In this document: positions 35,452 to 47,748 of the stretch, piece by piece
Layout of the letters: each line of letters begins with the position of its first letter
How positions within the stretch are numbered: position 1 is the stretch's first letter
Source of the DNA: the human T2T-CHM13v2.0 reference genome, Homo sapiens
Strand: one strand, 5' to 3'
Length of the DNA: 64,000 bases
Assembly: GCF_009914755.1 (NCBI RefSeq)
Contig: NC_060947.1
Notes under the pieces: generated by a model
What the model was told of the DNA's origin: nothing
The model's database searches: none
The model's input: only the letters and a program-made list of their open reading frames with translations
Position numbers and translations under genes: made by a program

Positions 35452-35930
35452 CCGTATAAAAATTAAATCAGAATGGATCAAAGGCCTAAAATGTAGGAGC
35501 TAAAACTATAAATCTCTTGGAAGAAAACTTAAGTGGAAATATTTGTAACCTTGGATTTGGTAATGGATTCTTTAATATGACATCAAAAGCACAAGCAACA
35601 AAAGAAAAAACATAGATAAATTAGAACTCATCAAAATTAAAAACTCTTGAGCATCAAAAGGCATTATCAAGAAAGCTAAATGACAACCCACTGGATGTAA
35701 AAATATTTAAAATAAAGGTCCAGTATCCAGAATACATAATATAATGCTTACAACTCAACTACAAAAAACAACCCAATTTAAAAATGGGCAAAGGATTTTA
35801 GTGGACATTTTAGTAGACATCAGAAGATATACTAATGGCTAATAAGCACATAAAATCATTAGTCATTAGGGAAATGGAAAGCAAAATGACAATGAGATAC
35901 CATTTCACATCCACTAGGATGGCTATAATT

Positions 35931-37094
35931 ATTTTTAAATTTCTATTTTATTTTAGGCCGTATGAGGTGGCTCACGCCTGTAATCCCAGCACTTTGGGAG
36001 GCCCAGGCAGGTGGATCATCTGAGGTCGGGAGTTCATGACCAGCCTGGCCAACATGGTGAAACACTGTCTCTACTAAAATACAAAAATTAGCTGGACATG
36101 GTGGCATGGGCCTGTAATCCCAGCTACTTGGGAGGCACGAGAATAGCTTTAACCCAGGACGCAGAGGTTGCAGTGAGCCAGGATTGTGCCACTACACTCC
36201 AGCCAGGGTGACAGAGTGATACCCTGTCTCAAAAAAATTATTTTATTTTATATTCAGGTGCACAATCCCTCTACTGGGTATCTACCAGATTACATGTGCA
36301 TGTTTGTTACCTGTGTATATTGTGTACCGGTGGGATTGGGCTTCTAGTGTACCCATTACCCAAATAGTTAACGTTGTACCTGATAGGTAATTTTTCAACT
36401 CTTTCCCCCCTTCTTCCCTCCCTCCCATTTGAAGTCCCCTGTGTCTATTATTTTTATCTTTATGTCTAAGTGTACCCACTGTTTAGCTCCCACTTATAAG
36501 TGAGAACATACAGTATTTAATTTTCTGTTCCTGAATTAGTTCACTTAGGATAATGGCCTCCATCCCCATCTATGTTGCTGCAAAGGACATGATTTCATTC
36601 TTTTTTTTATGGCCGAATAGTGTTCCATGGTGTATATGTACTATATTTTCTTTATGCAGTCAACTGTTAATGGACACTTCAGTTGATTCCATGACTGTGC
36701 TATTGTGAATAGTGCTGTGGTGAACAAACAAGCACAAGTGTCTTTTTTATATAATGATTTATTTTCCTTTGGTAAATACCCAGTAGTGGGATTGCTGGGT
36801 CCAATGGTAGTTCTATTTTTAGTTCTTTGAGAAATCTCCATGCTATTTCCCATAAAGGTTGAACTAATTTACATTCCCACCATCAGTGTGTAAGTGTTCC
36901 CTCTTCTCCACATCCATGTCAACATCATTTGTTTGCTTTTTTACTTTTTAATAAAAGCCATTCTCACTGCTGTAAGATAATAAATCATTGTGGTTTTAAT
37001 TTACATTTCTGTGATTATTAGTGATGTTGAGCATTTTTTCATGTATCTGTTGGCTGCTTGTATTTCTTTTGAGAAATGTCTATTCATGTCCTTT
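35931..37094 (-). mobile_element. 5'-truncated L1PB/L1MA-type element with an AluS (35956-36237, plus) in its tail
   Basis: Antisense L1 3' end; TSD ggatggct(a/g)taatt at 35917-35930 and 37095-37108. Confidence 0.88.
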
Positions 37095-37896
37095 GGATGG
37101 CTGTAATTTTTTAATGACGTTACCAAGTGTTGGTGTGGATGTGGAGAAATTGGAATTCTCATACATTGCTAGCAAAAATATAAAATGAAACAGTCAGTAC
37201 AGTCACTGTGGAAAACAGTTGGATAGTTCTTCAAAAATTAAACATACAATTACTATATGATCCAGCAATTTCAGTCTTAAGTATATACCCAAGGGAAATA
37301 AAAATATATACCCACACAAAAAATTATGCAAGGATGTTATAACGGTATTATTTTAATAGTCAAAAATGGAAACAGCCCAAATGTCCATCAGTTAATGAAT
37401 GAACAAAATGTCCATATAGTGGAATATTTAGCCATAAAAAGGAATGAAGTACTGATATATGCTACAACATCAATGAACATTAAAATCATCATGCTAAGAG
37501 AAAGAAGCCAAACACAAAAAGCCACATACTGCATGATTCTATTTATATAAAATATGCATAGGTAGTGATAGCAGATTGGTGGTTGCAAAGGGCTGGAGGA
37601 AGTGGGGAAAGGGGAATAACTGCTTAGTTGTATGGATTCATTTTGGGGGTGATCAAAATATTCTGGAATTAGTGCTGGTGGTTACACAACATTGGGAATG
37701 TACTCGAAACCACTGAATTATACACTTTAATATAGATAAAGTGGAGAATTTTACGTTATACAAATTTTGCCTCAATAAAAAATTCAAAGATTTAGGTAAT
37801 TCTTATAGTCATATAGCCAAGACAGTAGACTTTATGGGGAATCTTACCAAATATGGAGAGGATGGAGCATCAGCACCATCGTATGTCAATTATCTA

Positions 37897-38110
37897 GGAC
37901 AGGGCTTGGTAATCTGTAGCCTACAGGTGAATTCTGGCCAGTAGCCTGTTTTTATAAGGCCTGTAAGCTAAAAATGGTTTTTATATTTTTTAAAGTGGTT
38001 AAAAGCAACAAAAACAAAGAAGGTTTTGTGATGGAGAACTTTTGAGGGCAACAAAGACTAAAATATTTACTATCTGGCACTTTACTGAAAAAGATTATTG
38101 ACCCTTATCT
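37897..38110. mobile_element. MER58-type hAT MITE
   Basis: AAAATATTTACTATCTGGCACTTTACTGAAAAAG...GACCCT. Confidence 0.75.
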
Positions 38111-38329
38111 ATGGTGATGATAAACAATAAGCTCTTACATTTATAGCACACATTTCAGTTTACAAGGCACATCCATTTTTCTCTCAGCTGACTTCCAGAA
38201 CAACCTTGTGAAGTAGATGAGGTGTTATTCCTCTCCACAGAGGGGGAAACTTGGTGAGGTTAAGCCACTCATATCCTTGCTCTATCACTTGATAGAACTC
38301 AGATGGTCTGAATGTGATTCAGTGTTTTG

Positions 38330-39960
38330 ACCCTATAGCCCACTGACTCTCTCAACACTTTGGAAGAACTACTAAAGGCTCTGTGAAAATGCAATACGAT
38401 TTCAACTTAACAGATCAACCCAAAGTTGAGAAAAAGGCCAAGAGAGCTTTGGCTAACTATCTCTGGAATTGCTCCTTCAGTTTTATATCTCCTCTGACAA
38501 TGGTCATATATTTTTCTAAATGAAATGCCACCCATATTGAAGGGCTCAGGAACTGTCAAGCCAAAATCTTTCAAGTGCCGTAGAGTTGGACAGTTTGCTA
38601 TACTTCAAACACATCGGGTCAAACAATATAATAAAAATTGACTCCTTTGTGATATGTCCCTTTATAGGAGCTGTGATATTCACTATTTCCCCTAATATCT
38701 TGTGTCCAACCTGCAGTTTCAGCCGTGTTATGGACAGCATATCATCCAATTGCTATCCTGTCTTCCCACCAATTTACCAGGTGTCATATTTCCCTAGCCT
38801 GAAGTAGCTCTGCAATGTATGTTGGGAAAAGCATGGGGGAGGTTGAAACTAATTCGGATATTTCTTAATAGCCCGTCATCCTGGCCTTCTGTGCATAAGA
38901 AAAGGCCCTTGGCACCAGAGTGGCCAATCAGCAGCTTCAAAAATGGGCTCCCCACCTTGAGGTCATTGTTCTCTCCATCCACCCTCCATCCCACATGTGC
39001 CTGGCTGAATATAATTTCATGCACTGCTCCTACCTGATCTGTAATCTTCTCCAGTCAATTTTGGATGATAGTCTCATATGGAGGGGAAGGAGCACTGAAT
39101 GCACTGTTGATTCAGGTGCTCAAGGGCTGTGAAGTAAATAGCTGCCCCTACTGGAGTGACTGTAATAGAATTGTGGGGGATTTATAATTATATCCTTTCA
39201 TACAATTCAGTTAATTAATCAGCTCTTCCCACACACTGCCGTTAGGTTCCTCTCACTAGGTAGGCCATTTTACTCACAGCATGGAACTCCTCCATTCAGT
39301 TTTCTTCCTGACCTCATCTTGGGGCTCCTTTTCACTCAGGGACCAGCATAACCTCTCCCCAGACGCTCATTTCTAAAATTTTCAGGTCTTTGCCTTCTTT
39401 AGGGCTCCCAGATAGATGCCAGATTACTGTTTAAGTCTTTGTGTCTTGAATGTAATCTATGTGGGTGGCCAAACACCCCTGGATTTTTAGGAAACAACTT
39501 CAATTCTCCCACCTAACATTTCAATTGCATCCATGGACTGGATGCTAGCTTAATTTTGTGTACCTATTGGGGAAATAATTTTAAACCTTTCCTCACTTCC
39601 ACTACTGGTCCCTGATCCCCTTGCCTGTAATACCCTGGATTTTAAGTGTCCTTTGGGGACAAACAATATGAATAGCCCCCTTCTTCTACCTAGGCAGCCC
39701 CAATACTTTGGACTTTTTATTTTCTTCTTTTATCTGTGAAGACCTCATCTTATCAGCATCGCTAGTACATCTGGCAGTCCATTCCCTTAGATTCCTGGCA
39801 GTTTGCAGCTTCCATCTGGACCTCCTCCTTGTTGCCTTCTAAATCTACTTTCTCTCTCTGGGCTCAACTCTCCATGTTTACTGTTCCTAGGCTATGAGTC
39901 CTAGGGCTGCCTTCCTTATCCAGTGCTGCTGCCTCTGTTGGGGACTTGGGATTGAAATGG
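38330..39960 (-). mobile_element. Ancient RTE-clade LINE relic (L4/MamRTE-like) spanning the RT domain
   Basis: Manual three-frame translation gives RTE RT motifs in the expected order: ALKKAK, VWEE, YRSGRSS..EIIF, SPMLFPTYIAELL, IGGKT..YAVH (decayed YADD), LAKALLAF, VKLKSY..ES.W; many frameshifts and stops. The upstream boundary is uncertain. Confidence 0.75.
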
Positions 39961-40759
39961 CCTCCATGGTTCTGTCCTCTCAAAAGTCTCCCTAGTTGGT
40001 GATATTGTTCTGTCTTGCTTAGGAGTCAGCAGAAGCGTGAAGCCTTGGTTCACTCTAAGCAAAAAGCTTAACTCCTGATAGAATATTCCAGTGGGACGGC
40101 ATTCCAATATCTCTCCTAAGGTTTATTTAAGGAAAATTCCACATACAGAACCTCACAGGGTACATAGAATATGTTATGGTGGAATTGTAATTGCACCTAT
40201 ATTGCTACAAATCCTGTACTTGGCAGAGAGGAGCTGAGAATGAGACCTGGTTGCTATGTGTTTTCTCTGCAGTGATTTATCAAGAGGGGAAAGTAGATGC
40301 TCTGTGGACTACTGCCTGCTTAGCCCTTTTCTCTTCTAAACTCCTGAATCTTAGGGAGTTGAGGTGGAGTTTTCAGCACAGATTATTGACCACTAGCAGT
40401 GAGCTTGAAAGCTAATTACACCTTAATAATGAAAGCTTATTCTAGGCCATTTTGCTGACTACTCTTCTTTCCTCCTCGTCTTTTAAGTATACAGCTGGGA
40501 TGAATTCTGCATTCTTCAGCTTAAAGATCTTTTTTTGAAAAGGGGTATGGCTTCCAAGACCTGCCCCAACCATCTGTAAATTAACTTTCTAGAGGATACA
40601 CTAGAGCCTTAAGTTGGTTTTTCACTCCCTTGTGAATCAGTACATCATTATACTAAGTGTTGCTGGAGTAGCAGAATTCAGTGATAGCTTTTAGTTTTGT
40701 GTTGCAGATGAGAATCTTTGTTTCTATGTATAATTATCCTGTGACAGGCTAGTTATCTT

Positions 40760-41356
40760 TTAGAAATGTAAATCAAAACTCATCACTCTCTCACTGAAAA
40801 CCCTCCAGTGGCGTTCCATTGTACTTTGGAGAAAATCCAAACAATTTTCCATGGCTTACAAAGCCCTACATGCCCTAGCCTCTGCCTTCCTTTCTGATTT
40901 CATCTTGTACCATGCCTCCAGCACTTACATATTCTTTAGCACCACAAAATGTTCTGTTTTATAACCACATATTTCTACCTCAGGGACTTTGCACCTGCTG
41001 CTCCTTCTGCCTGGTACACTGTGTCCCTACATCTTTACATAGCTTGCTCCTTCTCATCATTCAGCTCTCAGATCAAATGTCACTCTCTCATAAATGCTTT
41101 TCCTAACACTCAACACCCCCCAAAAAATATTTTCCTTCAAGTCACTTACATTTATGTCACCCTGTTTTATTTTCTTCACAATAGCTACGAAAATCTAGAA
41201 ATTATTTTAATTGCTTATGTGCTTATCATCTGTCTTCCCCCAGTACAATGTAACTTCCATGAAAGTACAGGTCTTGTGTGTCTTGCTCACTACTATATCC
41301 CCAGCACTGGGCACATAGTAGGCGCTCAATAAATATTTGTTAAATTAGTAAATGGA
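40760..41356 (+). mobile_element. L2 3' portion
   Basis: GGCACATAGTAGGCGCTCAATAAATATTTGTTAAAT end. Confidence 0.85.
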
Positions 41357-41735
41357 TGTCACAAGATGCTAGTCCCTAGCTCACTGTCAGTTTTGCTAAA
41401 TGACTAATGGTGATTTGCTGTCATATACCTTTCGGGACTATAGTTTTTGAAATATAGCAGTTCCTGAATATCTGGCTGTAGGACTTTGGATAATTCATTT
41501 ATTCAAGCATTTTCTAAGGGCCAGGCACTATGCTAAGCTCTGGGAATATAAAAATAAATAAGACAATAGCCTCTGCTCTCAATAATGTATACTCTTGTGG
41601 GGAAAATGGACATATAAATAACTGTAGTACAATGGGCTGTTACAAGTTTGAATTAGGTGTTGTGGTAACACTAAGGAGAAAAGGTCCAACTCTTTGATGT
41701 TGGAGCAGAGATGGCAGTGGTTCAAGAAAGGAGTC

Positions 41736-42155
41736 TGATATAATTTGGATGTGTGTCCCTGCCAAATCTTATGTTGAATTGTAATCCCCGGTATTGGAGA
41801 TGGGGCCTGGTGGCAGGTGATTAGATCATGGGGGTGGTTTTTCATGAATGGTTTAGTACCATCCCTTTGGTGTTGTCCTCATGAAAGGGAGTAAGTTCTC
41901 ATGAGACCTGGTCATTTAGAAGTGTTTGGCACCTCCCACTCTCTCACTGTTTTTACTGCTCCCTTCATGTGAAATGCCTGCTCCCCCTTTGCCTTCTGCC
42001 ATAAGTGGAGGCTTTCTGAGGCCTCTCTGGAAGCAGATGCCTCTATGCTTCCTATACATCCTGCAGAACTGTGAGCCAACTAAACAAACCTCTTTTCTTA
42101 TAAATTATCCTGTCTGAGGTATTTCTTTATAGCTGTGCAAGAATGGCCTAATACA
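41736..42155 (+). mobile_element. MST (MaLR) solo LTR inserted in an antisense L2
   Basis: TGATATAATTTGG...GGCCTAATACA; TSD ga(g/a)tc. Confidence 0.9.
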
Positions 42156-43040
42156 GAATCTTAGGGGAAGTGAGAGATATTTGAGCTGGATCTTGAAAAA
42201 TGAATCAGTTCATTGGGAAATGAGGGCAGGAAAACAATCTAGCATTATGGCATATTGGAGAGAGAGAGAGAGCATGGACTATCCTGGGAGTGGTAAGCTG
42301 AAAAGTACGTTAGAACACAGAGTGATTGTGGAAGATGAAGCTGGAAAAAAGGTAGAAATCTGTTGAGTTGAAATTAGTTCCCATCTCAACAGGAAGGGGA
42401 CAGATTTCTGATGCTCTCTATACACACTTTACCCCCTCCCACAAAAAGCAAATGCAGTTGCCATCTGAGAGTTAAACTAGCAAAAATCCACATGTAGGAT
42501 ATATGGTTAGATATCTGTGGAAATTAACCAAGAAGTTATCTGTAAAAGTGGGACTAAAAATTTTGGGAACACTCAAAACTCTGTTCAAGGTCATCTAGGA
42601 CAAACCTTAAGGAGGCAGGACTGAAATTCAATTGTAACTTTCTGAGTGGGAACCAAGTTAATTGTGTTATACACTACTTGGAATGAATAGAAAGTAGTTG
42701 GCCTGCTAAATGCAAAGAAATGACAGTTACCAGCCAAGCTCCATCCAGGAGAATGATCTTGGCCAAGTGAACCCAACATGATGGGTTCCTTGGCAAGGCT
42801 GGCCCTATAGTTGATGAGAGTGCTTCAAGTTGTCTTAGCTGAGAGACCATTCTTAAGATGAACTAACTCCCTTGTGCTGATTTTATGCTCACCAAGCAAT
42901 CTTTTGATAATTTATTTGGCTCCCTACACAACTTGTCTACAGGGAAAGAATGCACTGATCTGCTTAGTCAAGCATTTTGGCCTTTTTAACAATTGTATTT
43001 CTTGTAGTAAATTAATAAATTGGCATCCTGGCAAATACAT

Positions 43041-43042
<2 letters not shown>

Positions 43043-43084
<42 letters not shown>
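43043..43084. repeat. (GT)21 microsatellite
   Basis: Perfect dinucleotide run. Confidence 0.98.
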
Positions 43085-43087
<3 letters not shown>

Positions 43088-43489
43088 ATGCCTATATATA
43101 TGGGGATAGACAGATACAAATATACAAATACAAACATTTTAGAAAGTCTCTATATATCAAACAGGCATGTAAGCCTGCTTAAGTTGACTTTGCTTTATTG
43201 AATGTACTCAGTCTGGGCTCTGTTCTTCAGCCTCGCAGTTCAGGAAGCCAGTTTTGTTTCTACTTAGAGAGTCCAGCCATCTCCTGCAAGGGTTTTAGAA
43301 GCAACCAACTGGCATTCTCCAGGTGACAGAGGCCTCTGTATTGCTGTGTCCTGCACTCCAAAGTTTATTCGTGGGACAGTGCTTGTTTTCAAATATGCCA
43401 CTCGTATTGAGGAGTTCAATTTGAGAGAGGGTGATCACTGCCATAAAAAACTGTGTGGACAGAAAATATTATTGTTTTTTCTTATTTTC

Positions 43490-43960
43490 AGTTCCCAAAA
43501 GTGGACCCTGAGGAAAAGATCTGGAGAGAGGTGGCTTATTTGGGAGGTGATCTTAGGAAACACAAAAAGGAAATGGTGAAAGTGTAACGAGGGAGGAAAG
43601 TTAATAGTGTGTTAATGAGATGCTTACCCTGTGGGCAACTGGGACTCAGTCCTTCTGGAGACTCTCTGAGAAACTGTGTGGAACACTCTTAGAATCATCC
43701 CACTGGAGGATGGAGAGTCTGTGGTATTTATCCATGGACTTCCATCCCCATTGATTGAAGGTTAGCTCCAGTGGCATCAACTGTCCTGCACTTCCAGGTT
43801 GCAACTGACTGTAGCAAAGTAAGCTGCCACTGTGCTTGAGAAAACTCTGAAGCAAAAAAGAGAGACTAGCAACTTGAGGTAATGCTGGAAACTGCAGATG
43901 CAGGTAAAATCAGTGGGCCAGGGGAACATGGGGTGGGGCATCACCAACAGCATTTGGTGC
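43490..43960 (-). mobile_element. Old ERVL LTR (LTR33/LTR16-like)
   Basis: TTATTTGGGAGGTGATCTTAGGAAACAC and GGGCAACTGGGACTCAGTCC motifs. Confidence 0.55.
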
Positions 43961-44391
43961 ATTATTGGAAATAAATATGATAGACCTTGAGACCCCAATA
44001 GACAAATGAGCAAAGGATATGAACTGGCAAATTGTGCACACAAAATTTAAATGGCCACCAATTACATTTTCAATTTAAACTTGGTAGTAGCCAATGAACT
44101 CTAAATAAAAATGAGATGCTGTCTTTTTTGCCTGCCAAATTAGCAAACACTAATTTTTTTTAATTAATGAAAACCATGTGAATTAGGGTCCACTAACTGT
44201 GTTAATTAGAGTATACTCTTATTCACTACAGGTAGGATTTTAAGTTGGCACAACCTTCTGAGAAACAATTTTTCGATATAGCAAGCCATCAAACCATGTT
44301 TTTAAATATTCAATGCCATTGAAAATGCTCATTATATAATATTAATTTAAAAATCATAATGTAAAACTATACATACAGCGTGATCCCAACT

Positions 44392-45349
44392 ACTTCCTCA
44401 TCAGAGATAATATGTATTGTAAGACTCTGATTTATTAATAGCTTTGGTAGAAAGAAAAAAACAGCATATTTAATATACCAAAATTTTATTCTGCTGATGG
44501 TAACATACCTATATATCCATATAATTATATACCACTTTCTTCTTAAGTAACATCACCAAAAACAGAGTCTAAGCTTTCTTCACATTCCAGACTCTAAAGA
44601 TTCTTCTGAATTCCTTTTGACCATTGGCAGGGATGCAGTGTACTATGCTGACATGTTGCTGCTTTTCATAACCTCCCCTTGTGATAATGTGACAAGAAGA
44701 TTATCAAAGCATGTAGAAGAATCCTGGGGGTTTATCCACATTTCCTATTTGGCTAAACTCATTGTTAATATTTTTTCCTTTTTTTCTTTTATTTGTCTTG
44801 TTTTTCAATTCAATTACATGAGCCAGAAATCAATCACTTTCTCTTGAAAGTCACCAAGAAACTGTTGATGGATAGACGTTCAGTGCCTGAGTGATAGTCC
44901 CTCACAATGCATGCAACGGTCACACCAACCTTTCCTAGCTTTGAAATTTTTATGATCTATTCCAAGAGATTTGGCAATTCCTACTGCCTTTAATTGCATT
45001 GTCTGGAGTGTGACAGGCAATATTCTGCAGACACAATAATTTTTCATTTCAATGATGCATCATAGTGTAATTTTTAGAAGACATTTTAAGTGACAATTAA
45101 GGAGAAAGCCAAATTTAAGTTAAAAATTTAACCATGATGGTTCTACCAATGCAAATAACTCAACTGAAGTGACAACATGATGTACAGATAACGTCTCAGT
45201 ACAGCTAAGTCTGCATGCTTATAAGCAATGACAACAATATCACAGTAGATTCCTCTGCCTGGCCATTCGCAAGTCATTTTGACATCATTATAAGATGCAT
45301 CCTGATCTCAGAAATGAAGAATATGTGTATTAGAATGCAGGAAATATGG
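44392..45349 (-). mobile_element. TcMar-Tc2/pogo-like (Kanga-type) DNA transposon with transposase remnant
   Basis: Minus 45023-44815 reads ILPVTLQTMQLKAVGIAKSLGIDHKNFKARKGWCDRCMHCEGLSLRH*TSIHQQFLGDFQEKVIDF, later SQIGNVD. Terminus CCATATTTCCTGCATTCTAA sits next to TA at 45350. Confidence 0.8.
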
Positions 45350-47616
45350 TATAAAATACGTACACATATGGGTATATAGACACAGAAAAAAGACAAAAAG
45401 GAAATGCACCACAATGATTACAGCAGTTATCACTGAGTGGTGAAACTGCAGATTATATATATTTTTGCTTATCTTCAGCTTCTAAATGTCTGCAATAAGC
45501 TGGCCTTGCTGTTAAATTGTGAAAAACAATTATTTGTATTTTGAAAGCTCTTGCTCCCTATTGAGAGAAAAAGAGGTTGGAACAGAGCAAAACAAGGTTG
45601 AATCTGAGTCAACTCAATACTTGAAGGATCATAGTAATCTTTGGATCTTCCTGGCCCAAAAGAACAAATAGCCAAGTACTCGCAACTCAGATTACTTAAG
45701 GTGAGAAAACAAATCAGAAACTCTAAGGCTACATTTGTCACTCAAGTCCAGTGTCTGTTTTTTTAACATAATTTTGACAAGTCTCTCATCTTTCATATTT
45801 GTTTTCTCACCTGTAAGTGGGGAGAATTCCTTCTACTCTTCTTCTTCCTGGTAATGACAGGAATGGAATTTAAAACCATAAACAAAAATCATCGTCAAAT
45901 ACTTCACAGTCTTGATTCTGTCCCCACAAGCAATGTGAACATCTTAGAAGGATCTCATTAGATAATTTCATCAGAATGTGTGACTGTGTGTCTGTAGTGT
46001 GTGTGTGGGGGGGGGGGATGATAGGGAGATATTAGTGATCAGAGAGCCATTGGGCTGACAACCTGTTTTAGGGGCTTGAGGGAGATGCCAGGTCTTGAGT
46101 AATTTCTGTCACTGGGCACAGGCAAATGAATTCTATACTGGTAGCCCTTGGGGACATTATCCAGCTGAGAGAACTTAATTTCAGGTAATCAACATGGTCC
46201 TAGTTGCCTTCTACTTGTTGATGGGGAGAAGAGCCGGGGAAATTTGCTCTACCTTACACACTCCTGCTAAATCTTACTCTCAGGCCTGATTCCTAAAGCA
46301 AAGTGGGTGACAGGGAGATGAGGCTATGAATGGGGAGATTTGGCTAAAGGCAGCAGAGCTGCAGTGTAATGTGATGTGAAGTAGCAGAGCTCACAGCACT
46401 TCACCCAGTGTAGCCCACAGGAAATATGCATTGGAGAGTTGCAGTACCTTCATTCATTTAGTCTTTCCAACAGCAAGAGGTTGGGCACAGTGAGGTTTAG
46501 AGGGGCCTGGACTGCTAGGTTTATGTCTAGCACAGTATAAACAGCTGAAAAGCAGTAGCTGCTATTATTCTCACCAACATTATCATTATTTCCACCACAG
46601 AAAGGGCCTTCTGATCAATACCTCTTCCAGTCCCCTGTCTAGGCAGTATTTCCCATCACCCTCTTCCTTTCTTGTGCACTGTCCTACTCTGGGGAGCTTA
46701 AATCATTCCTTTGAGGTAAAACAGTGAAGACTCTATTACAGTTCAGGGGTTTTCTGGGAGATGAGCTGCCTTAAGCCTCTCATTCATCAGTAACTTTCCA
46801 GAGTGAGGAGACTGGGCAGCTGGGGTGGGGTCCTGAGAACTGTGTGACTCCAAAAGGAGGGGTTGAGAAATGAAGTCACTGGGGGTACTGAGCCTCACAA
46901 AGTTGCCTCAGATAAGACCAATCTGTAGTGTAGGTAGCAGGGTAGTGGAGGGGGACCCGAACCAAGACTGAAACTCAGGCTGGCTCACTGCCCAGGCCTA
47001 TAGGGATCAGGAGTGGGAGAGAGAAAGGCAGTGTAAGTCAGGAGAAGCCTCTTTAGCCTCAAAGCCGAGAAGACCCCAACTTTTGGGAGGAAGAGTTGAT
47101 CCAGACTGGTAGAAAGAATATATGCTTCCCTTTCCTGGGCTCTCCAGTATTGTGAGGGGAGGTCTAAGGAGGTGTGTGAGTGTATGACAAGATGGAGAAG
47201 GACGCTTATACTCACAAGCAGCAGGCTGGGCACTACTTTGGACAAGCCGACAGAACACAATAATTGATTGCCTTCTAGCTACAAAATCAAAATGGCTTTT
47301 GATGTTCAGCCATTCATTGCTGTAACTGGAATAATAACACAATTCATTTTAGCTGCAGCCCCGCAAATGGATGGCTTTAATAATGGTTAATTTGGGATGA
47401 TGAATGTGCCATTTGGGGGTGACATTACTGCTGAATAAGAAGAGCACACAAGAGACAGAGGGAGGAAAGGAGGAGCTACATAAGACTAGCCATGTTTGCT
47501 AACTTCTGAGGCTGCCAGGCCTTCAATTCCACTCCACAAGTATTGATTTAGCAAGTACTTACTTCCTAGCTAGCACTGGGCTGAGGGTTGGAGAGACTCT
47601 CAAGAAATATATGATT

Positions 47617-47748
47617 AGGATAGCCATGTGTCCTGGCTTCCCAGGGACAGTCCTGGTTTGTGATGAGACCTGGGGCAATTATTATTAATAGCACCTCTTC
47701 TCACTCTCAAAAGTGTCTTGGTTTGAATGGTAAGTTATATTGTCATTC
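47617..47748. mobile_element. MER94/MER81-like hAT-Blackjack MITE
   Basis: GTCCTGGCTTCCCAGGGACAGTCCTGGTTT...AAAAGTGTCTTGGTTTG. Confidence 0.55.

Larger units (their letters stand above)
33963..37785 (+). mobile_element. L1MB-like ORF2 RT region to 3' end, with three nested inserts
   Basis: [16 protein letters not shown]...LCADYIIL in ORF 33989-34228; 3' end CCTCAATAAAAAA. Confidence 0.88.

Noticed and set aside
38500-39030. Resemblances to a ROC/small GTPase (LKLLIGHSGAK...GLLR, FWL), bornavirus N (ARMTGY.EISE) and filovirus VP35 (PNIHCR)
   Set aside because: Short matches picked from different frames; the ordered RTE RT motifs explain the whole region better.
39090-39125. Plus-strand VDSGA suggesting a retrotransposon protease or RTL gene
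   Set aside because: Isolated motif antisense to the RTE relic, with no gag or pol context.
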